Part shown: in pieces, positions 1-8,998 of the stretch
Position numbering within the stretch: position 1 is the first letter of the stretch
How the letters are laid out: every line of letters begins with the position of its first letter
Assembly: GCF_900182735.1 (NCBI RefSeq)
Contig: NZ_FXTU01000004.1
Coordinates: 193,948-225,947, forward strand
Source: Laceyella tengchongensis
Lineage (GTDB): Bacteria; Bacillota; Bacilli; Thermoactinomycetales; Thermoactinomycetaceae
Reading direction: 5' to 3'
DNA length: 32,000 nucleotides
The notes under the pieces: model-generated
What the model saw: only the letters and a program-made list of their open reading frames with translations
Told to the model about the DNA's origin: nothing
Database searches by the model: none
Translations under genes and position numbers: made by a program

Positions 1-1
1 C

Positions 2-544
2 ATTGTCTTGGGAACGCTACGCTACACCAAAATACCCGTGCTATCCCACTTGGCGGCGCTATATATCGAAACGGTTCGCAACCTCCCACTTTTGTTGATC
101 ATCTTCTTCGGGTTTTTCGCTTTCAAAGAGTGGGGCTGGGAATTGCCGATCACCATATCGGTGATCATCAGCATGACCATTTTTACATCTGCGCTGGTCG
201 GGGAAATCGTGCGCGGTGGCCTGAATTCGGTTGACAAGGGGCAAATCGAGGCGGCGCGGGCTTCCGGTTTGACTTATGTGCAAACTTTGTGGCACATTGT
301 GTTGCCGCAAGCATTGCGGCGCATGATTCCGCCGATGGTGAGCCAATTTGTCTCATTATTGAAAGACACTTCACTAGCGGTAGCCATTTCATTGCCCGAA
401 TTGATGCATAACGCGCAAATCGTGTACAGCCGTTATTACAACATGACCGTTCCTTTGCTGATTTTTGTGTCGTTGGTCTATTTTGTGATCAATTATAGTC
501 TCTCGCAAGCAAGTAGGCAGTTAGAGAAAAAATTAGCAGGATAG
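2..544 (+). CDS. Polar amino-acid ABC transporter permease, 5'-truncated by the window edge
   Basis: The reading frame of ORF 8..544 stays open to the left edge (no stop in 2..7). The translation carries the EAA-type loop of His/Glu/Gln/Arg/opine-family permeases (GQIEAARASGLTYVQTLWHIVLPQALRRMIPPMVSQF) and several hydrophobic helices. Stop TAG at 542-544. Confidence 0.85.
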   Translation: MVLGTLRYTKIPVLSHLAALYIETVRNLPLLLIIFFGFFAFKEWGWELPITISVIISMTIFTSALVGEIVRGGLNSVDKGQIEAARASGLTYVQTLWHIVLPQALRRMIPPMVSQFVSLLKDTSLAVAISLPELMHNAQIVYSRYYNMTVPLLIFVSLVYFVINYSLSQASRQLEKKLAG

Positions 545-689
545 ACATATTTTGGATGTTGAGGTTATCATATAATATACATGAGATTGTCGTGCGGGTT
601 GGGAAGGAGCCGATTGGTAACAAGGCTTTTGTAAAAGGTTGATGATAGAAAAGAGAAGCGTATGAGAATAATTAAGAGGGTTGGGGCTG

Positions 690-1034
690 ATGGTAATGGA
701 GGAGATCAAATCGCTCATCTATGCGGTGCTTGAAAGATTGGATGTCCAAGGAGCGAGCGTGGAGCAGTTAAAGACGGACATGAACCGGATGCACGAAGAT
801 ATGGTGCGTTTGGAACAGTGTTTGGAGAAGTGGGAGCGGCATTGGGTCGGATTGGAAAAGGACATGAAGGAAATCAAACAGGAGATCGCGTCGATGCAAC
901 ATCGGCAACAAACATTTGATGAACAGCTGGCGCGGGAGGAAGAATGGCAATCTAAGATCATGCAAGCGTTGGCGCTCTGTTCGCCGGAGCAAAAAAAGGA
1001 GTTGTCCAAGCTGATGGACAAAAGCGTGGGTTGA
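690..1034 (+). CDS. Hypothetical coiled-coil protein (114 aa)
   Basis: ATG 690 lies 9 nt after AAGAGGG (674-680). The sequence is charged and heptad-like (EQLKTDMNRMHEDMVRLEQCLEKWERHWVGLEKDMKEIKQEI). I recognise no family. A TATAAT sits at 571-576 upstream and a terminator follows directly. Confidence 0.55.
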   Translation: MVMEEIKSLIYAVLERLDVQGASVEQLKTDMNRMHEDMVRLEQCLEKWERHWVGLEKDMKEIKQEIASMQHRQQTFDEQLAREEEWQSKIMQALALCSPEQKKELSKLMDKSVG

Positions 1035-1039
1035 TGTGA

Positions 1040-1066
1040 AAAGCGCTGTTGGACAGTGCTTTTTTT
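1040..1066 (+). terminator. Intrinsic terminator after the coiled-coil gene
   Basis: Stem aaagcgctg (1040-1048) pairs with cagtgcttt (1054-1062), 9 bp with one G-U. Loop is ttgga, followed by a T-run. Confidence 0.6.
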
Positions 1067-1143
1067 GTTTAGGTGAAGATTTAAAAGGAAGAGCCCAGTG
1101 CGAGGGGAAAATAGGCTTTTCTTTTCTATTGGCGGCAAATAGC

Positions 1144-1151
1144 TGTATAAT
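1144..1151 (+). promoter_or_regulatory. Extended -10 promoter element (TGTATAAT) for tatA
   Basis: TGnTATAAT-type match 47 nt upstream of the tatA start. No clear -35. Confidence 0.45.
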
Positions 1152-1197
1152 ACAACTGAGAATGCGCCCGATCTTTTTTGCCGGAAGGAGGGAAACC

Positions 1198-1446
1198 ATG
1201 GGCATCAATGGGATTGAGTGGATTCTGATTTTTATCGTGGCATTGATTCTGTTTGGACCGAAGAAGTTGCCGGACTTGGGACGAGCCCTTGGCAAGTCGA
1301 TTCGTGAGTTTAAAAACGCGACCAACGGCCTGATGGATGATGACGACAAAAAAGAAAAGCCCCAAGCAATTGCGGCGACTGTGACGGAACCTGCTTCCGC
1401 AAAAGCCGAAGTGAAGAAAGAAGAAGTGAAGCCGCAAACAAACTAA
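1198..1446 (+). CDS. tatA: Twin-arginine translocase subunit TatA/TatE
   Basis: ATG 1198 is preceded by GGAAGGAGGG. The N-terminal TM helix plus amphipathic helix motif is present (WILIFIVALILFGPKKLPDLGRALGKSIREFK), followed by a charged tail. The upstream part of ORF 1036..1446 is not protein-like. Confidence 0.9.
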   Translation: MGINGIEWILIFIVALILFGPKKLPDLGRALGKSIREFKNATNGLMDDDDKKEKPQAIAATVTEPASAKAEVKKEEVKPQTN

Positions 1447-1468
1447 GGGATCTGATGCGCCGGCAAAC

Positions 1469-1505
1469 AAAAAGCCAGACAGCCTTATGGCCGTCTGGCT
1501 TTTTG
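1469..1505. terminator. Bidirectional terminator shared by tatA and ybdD
   Basis: aaaaagccagacagcc / ggccgtctggcttttt forms a long stem with one mismatch and loop ttat. An A-run lies on one side and a T-run on the other, between convergent genes. Confidence 0.8.
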
Positions 1506-1506
1506 T

Positions 1507-1719
1507 TCAACAGCACCGGCGAATGCTACCGCCGCCATATTTCTCATCAGTGGCCCGACGATGGAATTCCGCTTCGGTAAGTGGGGTTTCTCCAGGATGA
1601 TGCTTGTGAAAATGGGCGAGATACCGCTCATAGTCTGGCACCCCGGCCATGCCGTTCAGATAAGATGCCAGCGCTTTCAACATTTTTAGCCAGATTGGGC
1701 AAGTCGCTTGTTTTTCCAT
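1507..1719 (-). CDS. ybdD: YbdD/YjiX family small protein (DUF466), CstA partner
   Basis: ATG at 1719 is preceded by GGAGGGAAAG. The translation GVPDYERYLAHFHKHHPGETPLTEAEFHRRATDEKYGGGSIRRCC matches the family hallmark, including the C-terminal RCC. It sits 13 nt downstream of the cstA stop, the classical arrangement. Confidence 0.85.
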   Translation of the reverse strand: MEKQATCPIWLKMLKALASYLNGMAGVPDYERYLAHFHKHHPGETPLTEAEFHRRATDEKYGGGSIRRCC

Positions 1720-1732
1720 GACTTTCCCTCCC

Positions 1733-3808
1733 TTATACTCCAGGTTGGCGTGGGACATAGGGTGCCTCCTTCAGCGGGAGGTTTTCCCGCTTGACCAGCA
1801 CTTTATACCAGACGCGCACCGCATCGAGAATGATGATTGCCACCAAGGCCATGAAGAGGAGTGTCATCACCGCATCAATGTGGTTGTTGAACGCGATGCG
1901 CTCCATCTCTGCAATGGATTTGGCTGGTGCCAGCACTTGTCCGGAAGCGATTGCCTGCTCGTATTTTTCGGCTGCTCGCAAGAAACTGACAGAGGGGGAG
2001 TCGTGGAATAGCTTTTGCCACCCTGCGGTCATCGTCACCGTTGTGAGCCAAACGAGCGGAACAAAACTAACCCAAGCATACACCGCTTTTCCCATCTTGA
2101 TGAGAATCGTCGTGCCTATCACCAACCCCACAACCGCCAACATCTGATTGGCGATGCCGAATAGCGGCCACAGGGTGTTGATGCCGCCAAGCGGGTCAAT
2201 CACGCCCTGGTATAAAAAGTAACCCCATCCGGCTACGACCAGACCGCTGGCCATGATGTTGGCGGGATACCAGTCTGTTTTTCCTAACTTGGAATGGAAA
2301 TGCCCCAGCAGATCTTGCAAAATGAAACGGCCAACCCGTGTGCCGGCGTCAATCGTTGTCAGGATGAACACCGCTTCAAATAAGATGGCGAAGTGATACC
2401 AGAAGGCCATGAGTGCCTTCCCGCCGATCACGCTGGAGAAAATGGTCGCAATGCCAACTGCCAACGTGGGTGCGCCGCCCGTGCGCGACAAGATCGACTG
2501 TTCACCGATGGCGTTGGCCAAATTTTGCAGGTCGGCCGGTGTGATCGTGAATACTTCGCCGAACTTGGAAACCGTAGCAGCAGCGGAGGCTACGTCGGTG
2601 CCGATGATGGCTGCTGGGCTATTCATGGCCATGTAGACGCCTGGTGTGAGCAGACAGGCGGCGATCAGTGCCATCACCGCGACGAGTGACTCCGTCAGCA
2701 TGCCCCCGAAGCCGATCATCCGCGCATGGGATTCGCGAGTGATCATTTTGGGAGTGGTGCCAGATGAAACCAAGGCGTGAAACCCAGAGATGGAGCCGCA
2801 AGCGATGGTGATGAAGACGAACGGGAAGAGGTCGCCGGCAAACACGGGGCCGGTGCCGTCGATGAATTTGGTGATCGCGGGCATTTGCAAATCAGGAAGT
2901 ACAAGCAAAATACCGAAGGCCAGCGCGAAGATCGTGCCCACTTTCAGGAAGGTGCTCAGATAGTCGCGGGGTGCCAACAACAGCCAAACCGGGATAACCG
3001 AAGCGATAAAGCCGTAAATGATCATGAGCCAGGCGATGGTGGTGCCTTCCAGAGTGAAATAGGTGGCTAGCGTCGGATGGGTGGACACCCATTGCCCCAG
3101 ATAGAGCGAAAGCAGGAGCAAGGCAAACCCGATCAATGAGGTTTCCAGCACTTTCCCCGGACGCAAATAACGCATATAAACACCCATGAACAGGGCGATG
3201 GGGATGGTCATGGTGATGGTGAACATGCCCCAAGGGCTGTCGGCGAGCGCTTTGACAACTACCAGGCCCAGCACGGCCAATAAGATGATCAGAATGCCGA
3301 GAATGCCGAACAGGGCGGTGAAGCCCCCGACTGGCCCGATCTCTTCCTTGACCATGTCACCGATGGATTTTCCGTTTCTGCGCATGGAACCGAAGAGAAC
3401 GATAAAATCATGTACGGCACCGCCGATCACGACCCCGACAATGATCCACAGGGTGCCAGGCAGATACCCCATTTGCGCGGCCAAGATCGGGCCGACGAGT
3501 GGGCCGGCGCCAGCGATTGCTGCGAAGTGGTGCCCAAACAAGACCCATTTGTTGGTGGGGACGAAATCTTTGCCGTCATTGTGAATCTCGGCTGGAGTTT
3601 TGCGGTTGTCGTCCAATTCAAACACTTTTCTGGCCAAGAAGCGGCTGTAAAAGCGGTAACTGATAGCATAAGAGCAGATGGCGGCCGTCAGTAGCCAGAT
3701 GGCGTTGACCGACTCACCGCGTTGTAGTGCGAGGATGGCGAAAGCGGCGGCGCCAAGCACAGAGATGCCTGTCCATAGCAGATAAGAAAGCCAACGAGAA
3801 CGGATCAT
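1733..3808 (-). CDS. cstA: Carbon starvation protein A (CstA family peptide/pyruvate transporter)
   Basis: 691 aa polytopic membrane protein with a typical CstA N-terminus (YRFYSRFLARKVFELDDNRKTPA...GHHFAAIAGAGPLVGP). ATG 3808 lies 6 nt after GAGGAGG. The TTG at 3823 in the ORF track overlaps the SD. Confidence 0.95.
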   Translation of the reverse strand: MIRSRWLSYLLWTGISVLGAAAFAILALQRGESVNAIWLLTAAICSYAISYRFYSRFLARKVFELDDNRKTPAEIHNDGKDFVPTNKWVLFGHHFAAIAGAGPLVGPILAAQMGYLPGTLWIIVGVVIGGAVHDFIVLFGSMRRNGKSIGDMVKEEIGPVGGFTALFGILGILIILLAVLGLVVVKALADSPWGMFTITMTIPIALFMGVYMRYLRPGKVLETSLIGFALLLLSLYLGQWVSTHPTLATYFTLEGTTIAWLMIIYGFIASVIPVWLLLAPRDYLSTFLKVGTIFALAFGILLVLPDLQMPAITKFIDGTGPVFAGDLFPFVFITIACGSISGFHALVSSGTTPKMITRESHARMIGFGGMLTESLVAVMALIAACLLTPGVYMAMNSPAAIIGTDVASAAATVSKFGEVFTITPADLQNLANAIGEQSILSRTGGAPTLAVGIATIFSSVIGGKALMAFWYHFAILFEAVFILTTIDAGTRVGRFILQDLLGHFHSKLGKTDWYPANIMASGLVVAGWGYFLYQGVIDPLGGINTLWPLFGIANQMLAVVGLVIGTTILIKMGKAVYAWVSFVPLVWLTTVTMTAGWQKLFHDSPSVSFLRAAEKYEQAIASGQVLAPAKSIAEMERIAFNNHIDAVMTLLFMALVAIIILDAVRVWYKVLVKRENLPLKEAPYVPRQPGV

Positions 3809-3855
3809 ACCATACCTCCTCAAGAAAGCGGTATTAAAATAGAGATTTTATTCTA

Positions 3856-3883
3856 ATTATATATACAATTTTTAAAATGGCAA
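3856..3883 (-). promoter_or_regulatory. SigA-type promoter for cstA-ybdD
   Basis: On the minus strand: TTGCCA (3883-3878), 16-nt spacer, TATAAT (3861-3856), about 48 nt upstream of the cstA start. Confidence 0.6.
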
Positions 3884-3920
3884 ATCGTATTTGCATCGTA
3901 ATCATGCACGCTGGAAGCGG

Positions 3921-3954
3921 TAAAGAGAAAAATGGAGAAGGAAAGCCCTTCTCT
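3921..3954 (-). terminator. Orphan terminator-like hairpin (minus-strand sense) upstream of the cstA promoter
   Basis: 8-bp stem ggagaagg (3934-3941) / ccttctct (3947-3954), loop aaagc. Read on the minus strand it is followed by ATTTTTCTCTTTA. No annotated minus-strand gene lies upstream of it. Confidence 0.4.
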
Positions 3955-4188
3955 CTACGCAAGCCATTTATTATGGTATCAAGTTTGCCCAAGCGAAATG
4001 AGGAGTGCTGACACGGTGACGACGGAGATCAGCATGGAAATAAGTCAAAGCCATGCTACCTGCTCCCATTATACGGAATATTTAAACAGTCCTTTTACGG
4101 TTGCATTTTAATGTCTAAATTTATTTATGTTAAACTATTAGTGTTAATAATAGATATAAAAAAAATCATACACAGGTGATGCTGGGAC

Positions 4189-5064
4189 ATGAATATCAGT
4201 GATTTGGAAGTGTTTAAATCCGTGGCCACCCATAAAAGCATCAGCAAGGCGGCCGTCCGCTTGAATTATGTTCAGGCCAATGTCTCCAACCGGATCAAAA
4301 AGATCGAGTCGGTTTTTCAGACACAGTTGTTTTACCGAACAGGTCGGGGCGTGGAATTGACACCGAAGGGAAAAGATTTTTTGGAATACGCCAAAAAAAT
4401 ATTAGCCCTTTATGAAGAAATGAAACAGTCCATCCATCACCTGCCACCCGCTCCCGATTCCTTGGCTGTTGGTGCGACAGTCATTACATCCAACCTCCAC
4501 ATGTCACCCATCATCTCCCTTTACCATCAATTGCATCCCCAAGTAAACCTATCCTTGTCGACCGGCACCACGGAAGAGCTTACCAATGCCGTGCTTGCCA
4601 ATGAATTGGATGGCGCGTTGGTGATCGACTTCGACAAAGAAGTGAAGCTCGCCAAAGAGCACATTATCGACGAAGAATTGGTTTTGATTATGAACGCTTC
4701 TCATCCCCCGTTGACCTCGTATAAAGACTTGCAAAATCAAACGCTACTTCTTTTGCGGTCGGGATGTCGATACCGGGCCAAGTTGGAACGGTGGTTGACT
4801 GAGGAACAGATCATCCCCCATAAAAAAATAGAATTTTATACGATAGAAAATCTGCTAGGGTGCATGCGCTCCGGGATGGGGGTGGCCCTTGTTTCCCGTT
4901 CCATGAGCGACAAACTGGTGCAGGAAGGATGGGTTCGCAGTTATCCCATCCCCAAACAATACCGAAAGGAGAGCATCGTATTCATTTGCAAAGAGGAAGC
5001 GGTGGAAACACTAGAGCCGTTTGTGGCGATCATCAAGGACTACTTCCGCCAATACAGATCATAA
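4189..5064 (+). CDS. LysR-family transcriptional regulator
   Basis: N-terminal wHTH (LEVFKSVATHKSISKAAVRLNYVQANVSNRIKKIE) plus a substrate-binding domain, 291 aa. AGGTGA lies 9 nt upstream of the start. Transcribed divergently from cstA. Confidence 0.9.
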   Translation: MNISDLEVFKSVATHKSISKAAVRLNYVQANVSNRIKKIESVFQTQLFYRTGRGVELTPKGKDFLEYAKKILALYEEMKQSIHHLPPAPDSLAVGATVITSNLHMSPIISLYHQLHPQVNLSLSTGTTEELTNAVLANELDGALVIDFDKEVKLAKEHIIDEELVLIMNASHPPLTSYKDLQNQTLLLLRSGCRYRAKLERWLTEEQIIPHKKIEFYTIENLLGCMRSGMGVALVSRSMSDKLVQEGWVRSYPIPKQYRKESIVFICKEEAVETLEPFVAIIKDYFRQYRS

Positions 5065-5298
5065 TTTCACCAGCAGGCAAGTGTCGCCAGGAAGAGATGG
5101 AATATTTCGATTGTTATAGTGTGAAAGGTGAATTATGCTTTTGCCGACATTCCTTTGAGAGTGTTCAGATGGTAGACAACCCCCGTCAGTTGCATGTTCG
5201 TCTTAGGCCCTGTGATGGAAGGGAAGCGACTTCGATCGTTTGGGGCCGCTAGGGAATGCGGTCTGACAACCCGCTTTGGGGCACTTTGTCATCCGTCT

Positions 5299-5331
5299 CG
5301 GCACTCCTTAGTGAGTGTTGGCTTTCTTTTT
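5299..5331 (+). terminator. Intrinsic terminator 235 nt downstream of the LysR stop
   Basis: Stem cggcactc (5299-5306) / gagtgttg (5313-5320), 8 bp with two G-U pairs and a 6-nt loop, then GCTTTCTTTTT. Confidence 0.55.
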
Positions 5332-5332
5332 G

Positions 5333-5341
5333 TGCTATACT
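5333..5341 (+). promoter_or_regulatory. Extended -10 element (TGcTATACT) for gatCAB
   Basis: TGnTATACT lies immediately after the terminator T-run and 55 nt upstream of the gatC start. Confidence 0.45.
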
Positions 5342-5395
5342 GTGAAAAGATTTGACTTATGATGCAAGGTTTATTGTTTGCGGAGGTGAAGAAAA

Positions 5396-5683
5396 TTGTC
5401 TATTTCCAAAGAACAAGTGCAAAAAGTAGCGATGCTGGGCCGATTGAAGTTGTCCGAGGAAGAGGCGGAGCAATACACCACCCAGCTTAACGATATTCTT
5501 CAATTTGTGGAAAAGCTGAACGAGTTGGATACAGAAGCCGTGGAACCAACGAGTCATGTCCTGCCCATGCAGAATGTGCTTCGGGAAGACGAGGTTCGGC
5601 CTTCGCTTGAGCGGGACAAAGCATTGGCCAATGCGCCGGAGCAGCAAGACGGCATGTTCCGCGTGCCAGCTGTATTTGAATAA
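5396..5683 (+). CDS. gatC: Asp/Glu-tRNA(Asn/Gln) amidotransferase subunit C
   Basis: 95 aa. TTG start lies 6 nt after GGAGGTGA. Typical GatC sequence (ISKEQVQKVAMLGRLKLSEEEAEQYTTQLNDILQFVEKLNELDT) and it precedes gatA-gatB. Confidence 0.95.
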   Translation: MSISKEQVQKVAMLGRLKLSEEEAEQYTTQLNDILQFVEKLNELDTEAVEPTSHVLPMQNVLREDEVRPSLERDKALANAPEQQDGMFRVPAVFE

Positions 5684-5698
5684 TAGGGGGGAAACGGA

Positions 5699-7165
5699 AT
5701 GTCTTTATTGCGTGACTCATTGAAGGAAATACATAAACGACTCTCCACTGGAGAATTGTCGGCAAGTGACCTGGTTGAAGAGTCCTTGGCGCAAATTGCG
5801 AAAGTGGACGGCGACGTGCGCGCTTTTTTGAAAGTGGATGAAGAAGGGGCGCGCAAACAAGCAGCAGAACTAGACAAAAAGTGGGCCAACTCCTCCACAC
5901 GCGGCTTGTTGGGAGGATTGCCGGTCGGGCTCAAAGACAACTTGTGCACGGAAGGGCTGACGACCACTTGCGCCAGCCAGTTGCTTGCCAACTACAACCC
6001 GATTTATAATGCTACGGTTGTCGATAAGCTTGCTGAAGCCGAATCGGTTACCGTCGGCAAACTGAACATGGATGAATTCGCCATGGGTGGCTCTACGGAA
6101 AACTCCGGTTTTCATCCTACATACAATCCTTGGGACCTCTCCCGGGTGCCGGGTGGTTCTAGCGGTGGTTCTGCGGCTGCTGTCGCTGCAGGGGAAGTTT
6201 ATTACGCTTTGGGCTCCGACACAGGCGGATCGATCCGGCAACCAGCGGCGTTTTGCGGCGTGGTCGGCCTCAAGCCTACCTATGGACGGGTCTCACGGTA
6301 CGGTCTTGTCGCTTTTGCTTCGTCGTTGGATCAGATCGGCCCGTTGACCAAAAACGTGGAAGACGCCGCTTATGTGTTGCAGGCGATCTCCGGGCATGAT
6401 GCCAAAGACTCTACGTCGGCCCAAGTGGACGTGCCTGACTTCTTGTCCGCCCTGACTGGCGATATCAAGGGGCTCAAAGTGGCAGTGCCCAAAGAGATGA
6501 TGGGTGAAGGGATCGATGCGGGGGTTAAAGAGCGCGTTCAAGCGGCGATCAAGAAGCTGGAACAAATGGGAGCAGTGGTGGAAGAGGTGTCGTTGCCTCA
6601 CTCCGACTATGCCGTGGCCGCTTATTATCTGATCGCTCCAGCGGAAGCTTCGTCCAACTTGGCCCGTTATGACGGGGTTCGTTACGGTGTGCGCAAACAA
6701 GGGCAAAATCTGTTGGACATGTACCTCGAAACGCGTAGCCAAGGATTCGGCTCGGAAGTGAAACGGCGGATTATGCTGGGTACGTATGCGCTTAGCTCGG
6801 GTTATTATGATGCGTACTATTTGAAAGCGCAAAAAGTGCGCACCTTGATCCGTCAAGATTTTGAACGGGTATTCGCTGACTATGACGTCATCGTCGGGCC
6901 GACGACGCCGACGACGGCCTTTAAGATCGGTGAAAACATCAACGATCCGTTGACAATGTACATGAACGACATCTTGACCATCCCTGTCAACTTGGCTGGA
7001 TTGCCCGCGATTAGCGTGCCGTGCGGCTTGGCTGAAGGCTTGCCGGTCGGCCTGCAAATCATCGGCAAAGCATTTGACGAAGCGACCGTACTCCGTGTGG
7101 CACACGCGTTTGAGCAAGAAACGGAACGACTGCCTGTTCCGCCGTTGGGAGGGAAACGAGCATGA
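5699..7165 (+). CDS. gatA: Glutamyl-tRNA(Gln) amidotransferase subunit A
   Basis: 488 aa with the amidase signature region ([15 protein letters not shown]...[16 protein letters not shown]). The stop overlaps the gatB start (ATGA at 7162-7165). Confidence 0.97.
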   Translation: MSLLRDSLKEIHKRLSTGELSASDLVEESLAQIAKVDGDVRAFLKVDEEGARKQAAELDKKWANSSTRGLLGGLPVGLKDNLCTEGLTTTCASQLLANYNPIYNATVVDKLAEAESVTVGKLNMDEFAMGGSTENSGFHPTYNPWDLSRVPGGSSGGSAAAVAAGEVYYALGSDTGGSIRQPAAFCGVVGLKPTYGRVSRYGLVAFASSLDQIGPLTKNVEDAAYVLQAISGHDAKDSTSAQVDVPDFLSALTGDIKGLKVAVPKEMMGEGIDAGVKERVQAAIKKLEQMGAVVEEVSLPHSDYAVAAYYLIAPAEASSNLARYDGVRYGVRKQGQNLLDMYLETRSQGFGSEVKRRIMLGTYALSSGYYDAYYLKAQKVRTLIRQDFERVFADYDVIVGPTTPTTAFKIGENINDPLTMYMNDILTIPVNLAGLPAISVPCGLAEGLPVGLQIIGKAFDEATVLRVAHAFEQETERLPVPPLGGKRA

Positions 7166-8595
7166 GCAAATATGAAACGGTGATTGGACTGGAAGTCCAT
7201 GTGGAGCTTTCCACGAAAACCAAGATTTTCTGCGGCTGTTCTACGGAATTCGGGGCTCCGCCAAATAGCCACACCTGCCCGGTGTGTCTGGGACATCCCG
7301 GAGTGTTGCCGGTGCTGAACAAAGAAGCGGTCAACTTCGCGATCAAGGCAGCCATGGCCTTGAACTGCGAGATCGCCGAATACAGCAAGTTCGATCGGAA
7401 AAACTACTTCTATCCAGACTCACCCAAAGCGTATCAAATCTCGCAGTACGACCAACCCATCGGGCAAAACGGCTGGATTGAGATTGAGGTGGATGGGGAG
7501 AAAAAACGAATCGGCATCACACGCCTTCATTTGGAAGAGGATGCAGGAAAGCTAAACCACCTGGAAGAGGGAGAAGGCTCTCTCGTCGATTTCAACCGTG
7601 TCGGTGTGCCATTGATCGAGATTGTGTCGGAGCCTGATTTGCGCTCTCCAGCGGAAGCCAGAGCGTATCTGGAGAAATTGAAGCAGATCATTCAATACAC
7701 CGGTGTGTCCGATGTGAAGATGGAAGAAGGCTCTCTCCGCTGTGACGCCAACATCAGCTTGCGGCCGGTGGGACAAAAGGAGTTTGGCACCAAAACAGAA
7801 ATGAAAAACCTCAACTCGTTCCGCAATGTAGAGCGGGCGCTGGAATATGAGCAAGGACGCCAAGCAGAGATGTTGGATCGAGGCGAGAAGATCACCCAGC
7901 AGACCTTGCGCTGGTTGGAAAATGAAAATCGCACCAAGTTGATGCGCAGCAAGGAAGAAGCGCATGACTACCGCTATTTCCCAGAACCGGACCTGGTACG
8001 CTTGCATATTTCAGAGGCCTGGAAAGAAGCGATCCGTCGCGAGTTGCCAGAGTTGCCGGATGCTCGTAAGGAACGTTATATGACTGAATTCCAACTGTCC
8101 GACTACGATGCCACGATTCTTACCAATACCAAGGCGGTTGCCGATTATTATGAGCAAGTGGTCGCGGCCAATGTCGACCCCAAATTGGCCTCCAACTGGG
8201 TGATTACTGATCTGTTGGGCCACCTCAATGCGGAAGGGAAAGAAATCACGGACATCGTGATGACGCCCGCCCATCTGGCTGGCATGATCCAACTGATCCA
8301 AAAAGGGACGATTAGTACCAAAATCGCTAAAAAAGTGTTTAAAGAGATGCTTGCAACCGGTAAAGAACCAAATGTGATCGTCGAAGAGAAGGGCCTCGTC
8401 CAAATCAGCGACGAAGGGCAGTTGCGTGAGGAAGTGACCAAAGTGTTGGCGGCCAACCAAGAGTCGGTGGAAGACTTGAAAAACGGCAAAGACCGCGCAC
8501 TCGGTTTCCTCGTGGGTCAAGTGATGAAAGCGACCAAAGGGAAAGCCAATCCGCAACTGGTCAACAAATTGATTAAAGAAGAAATCGGACTATAA
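7162..8595 (+). CDS. gatB: Asp/Glu-tRNA(Asn/Gln) amidotransferase subunit B
   Basis: 477 aa with a typical GatB N-terminus ([23 protein letters not shown]...[15 protein letters not shown]) and a C-terminal YqeY-like tail. Confidence 0.97.
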   Translation: MSKYETVIGLEVHVELSTKTKIFCGCSTEFGAPPNSHTCPVCLGHPGVLPVLNKEAVNFAIKAAMALNCEIAEYSKFDRKNYFYPDSPKAYQISQYDQPIGQNGWIEIEVDGEKKRIGITRLHLEEDAGKLNHLEEGEGSLVDFNRVGVPLIEIVSEPDLRSPAEARAYLEKLKQIIQYTGVSDVKMEEGSLRCDANISLRPVGQKEFGTKTEMKNLNSFRNVERALEYEQGRQAEMLDRGEKITQQTLRWLENENRTKLMRSKEEAHDYRYFPEPDLVRLHISEAWKEAIRRELPELPDARKERYMTEFQLSDYDATILTNTKAVADYYEQVVAANVDPKLASNWVITDLLGHLNAEGKEITDIVMTPAHLAGMIQLIQKGTISTKIAKKVFKEMLATGKEPNVIVEEKGLVQISDEGQLREEVTKVLAANQESVEDLKNGKDRALGFLVGQVMKATKGKANPQLVNKLIKEEIGL

Positions 8596-8603
8596 AAGGT
8601 TGG

Positions 8604-8636
8604 GGAGCTCGCCTTTCAAAGAGGCGGGCTCCTTTT
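8604..8636 (+). terminator. Intrinsic terminator after gatB
   Basis: 12-bp stem ggagctcgcctt / gaggcgggctcc (two G-U pairs), loop tcaaa, followed by TTTT. Confidence 0.75.
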
Positions 8637-8654
8637 AAAAAGGGGGCGACAGAG

Positions 8655-8966
8655 ATGCTGGGCTTTTACCTGATCATCGCTGTCTTGTTTCTCGGCGGAG
8701 GGCTTTATCAACTGTTTGTCGCTCAATTGCCCGTCTTTGCCGTCCATTCGTTTTTGGTAGCACTTTATTTTTATGTCACTTTCTATGAGCTGAGGGGTAA
8801 GCCGTTTTCCCGTAATGTGTATTTGATCACAATTTGGTTGCTGGTGGCCGACGGGTTGGTGAATCTTTTGCTGGTGTCTGAAAGTATATTGAGCGGGATG
8901 GTTAGCATGTTTTTCGCTTTTCTCTGCCTGCAATCGTACCGCCGCATCTATCGAGAACGGGCATAA
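8655..8966 (+). CDS. Small hypothetical membrane protein (103 aa, about 3-4 TM helices)
   Basis: ATG 8655 lies 8 nt after AGGGGG. The protein is strongly hydrophobic (LGFYLIIAVLFLGGGLYQLF..., ITIWLLVADGLVNLLLV, MVSMFFAFLCL). No family recognised. Confidence 0.6.
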   Translation: MLGFYLIIAVLFLGGGLYQLFVAQLPVFAVHSFLVALYFYVTFYELRGKPFSRNVYLITIWLLVADGLVNLLLVSESILSGMVSMFFAFLCLQSYRRIYRERA

Positions 8967-8998
8967 ACGGGCAGATGGAAACACAGGGGTGAGGCTGG

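Noticed and set aside
1036-1197. Upstream 54 codons of the tatA ORF
   Set aside because: This segment spans the preceding terminator and the tatA promoter. TatA proteins start right at the TM helix, and ATG 1198 has a strong SD.
5065-5395. T-box leader or known riboswitch controlling gatCAB
   Set aside because: I found no T-box motif (GGTGGTACCGCG-like), and no specifier-loop or AGAGA/GNUGA arrangement that fits. The best gatC promoter element also lies downstream of the terminator. A partial CTAGGG resemblance to the ykkC leader is not supported by the rest of that motif.
6293-7117. 274-codon minus-strand ORF inside gatA, with similar cases at 8011-8556 in gatB, 24589-25284 in ligA, 11394-12524 in gnd and 22522-22989 in pcrA
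   Set aside because: All lie antisense within strongly supported conserved genes. Their translations are Arg/His/Gln-rich nonsense without motifs, and none has a plausible ribosome-binding site.
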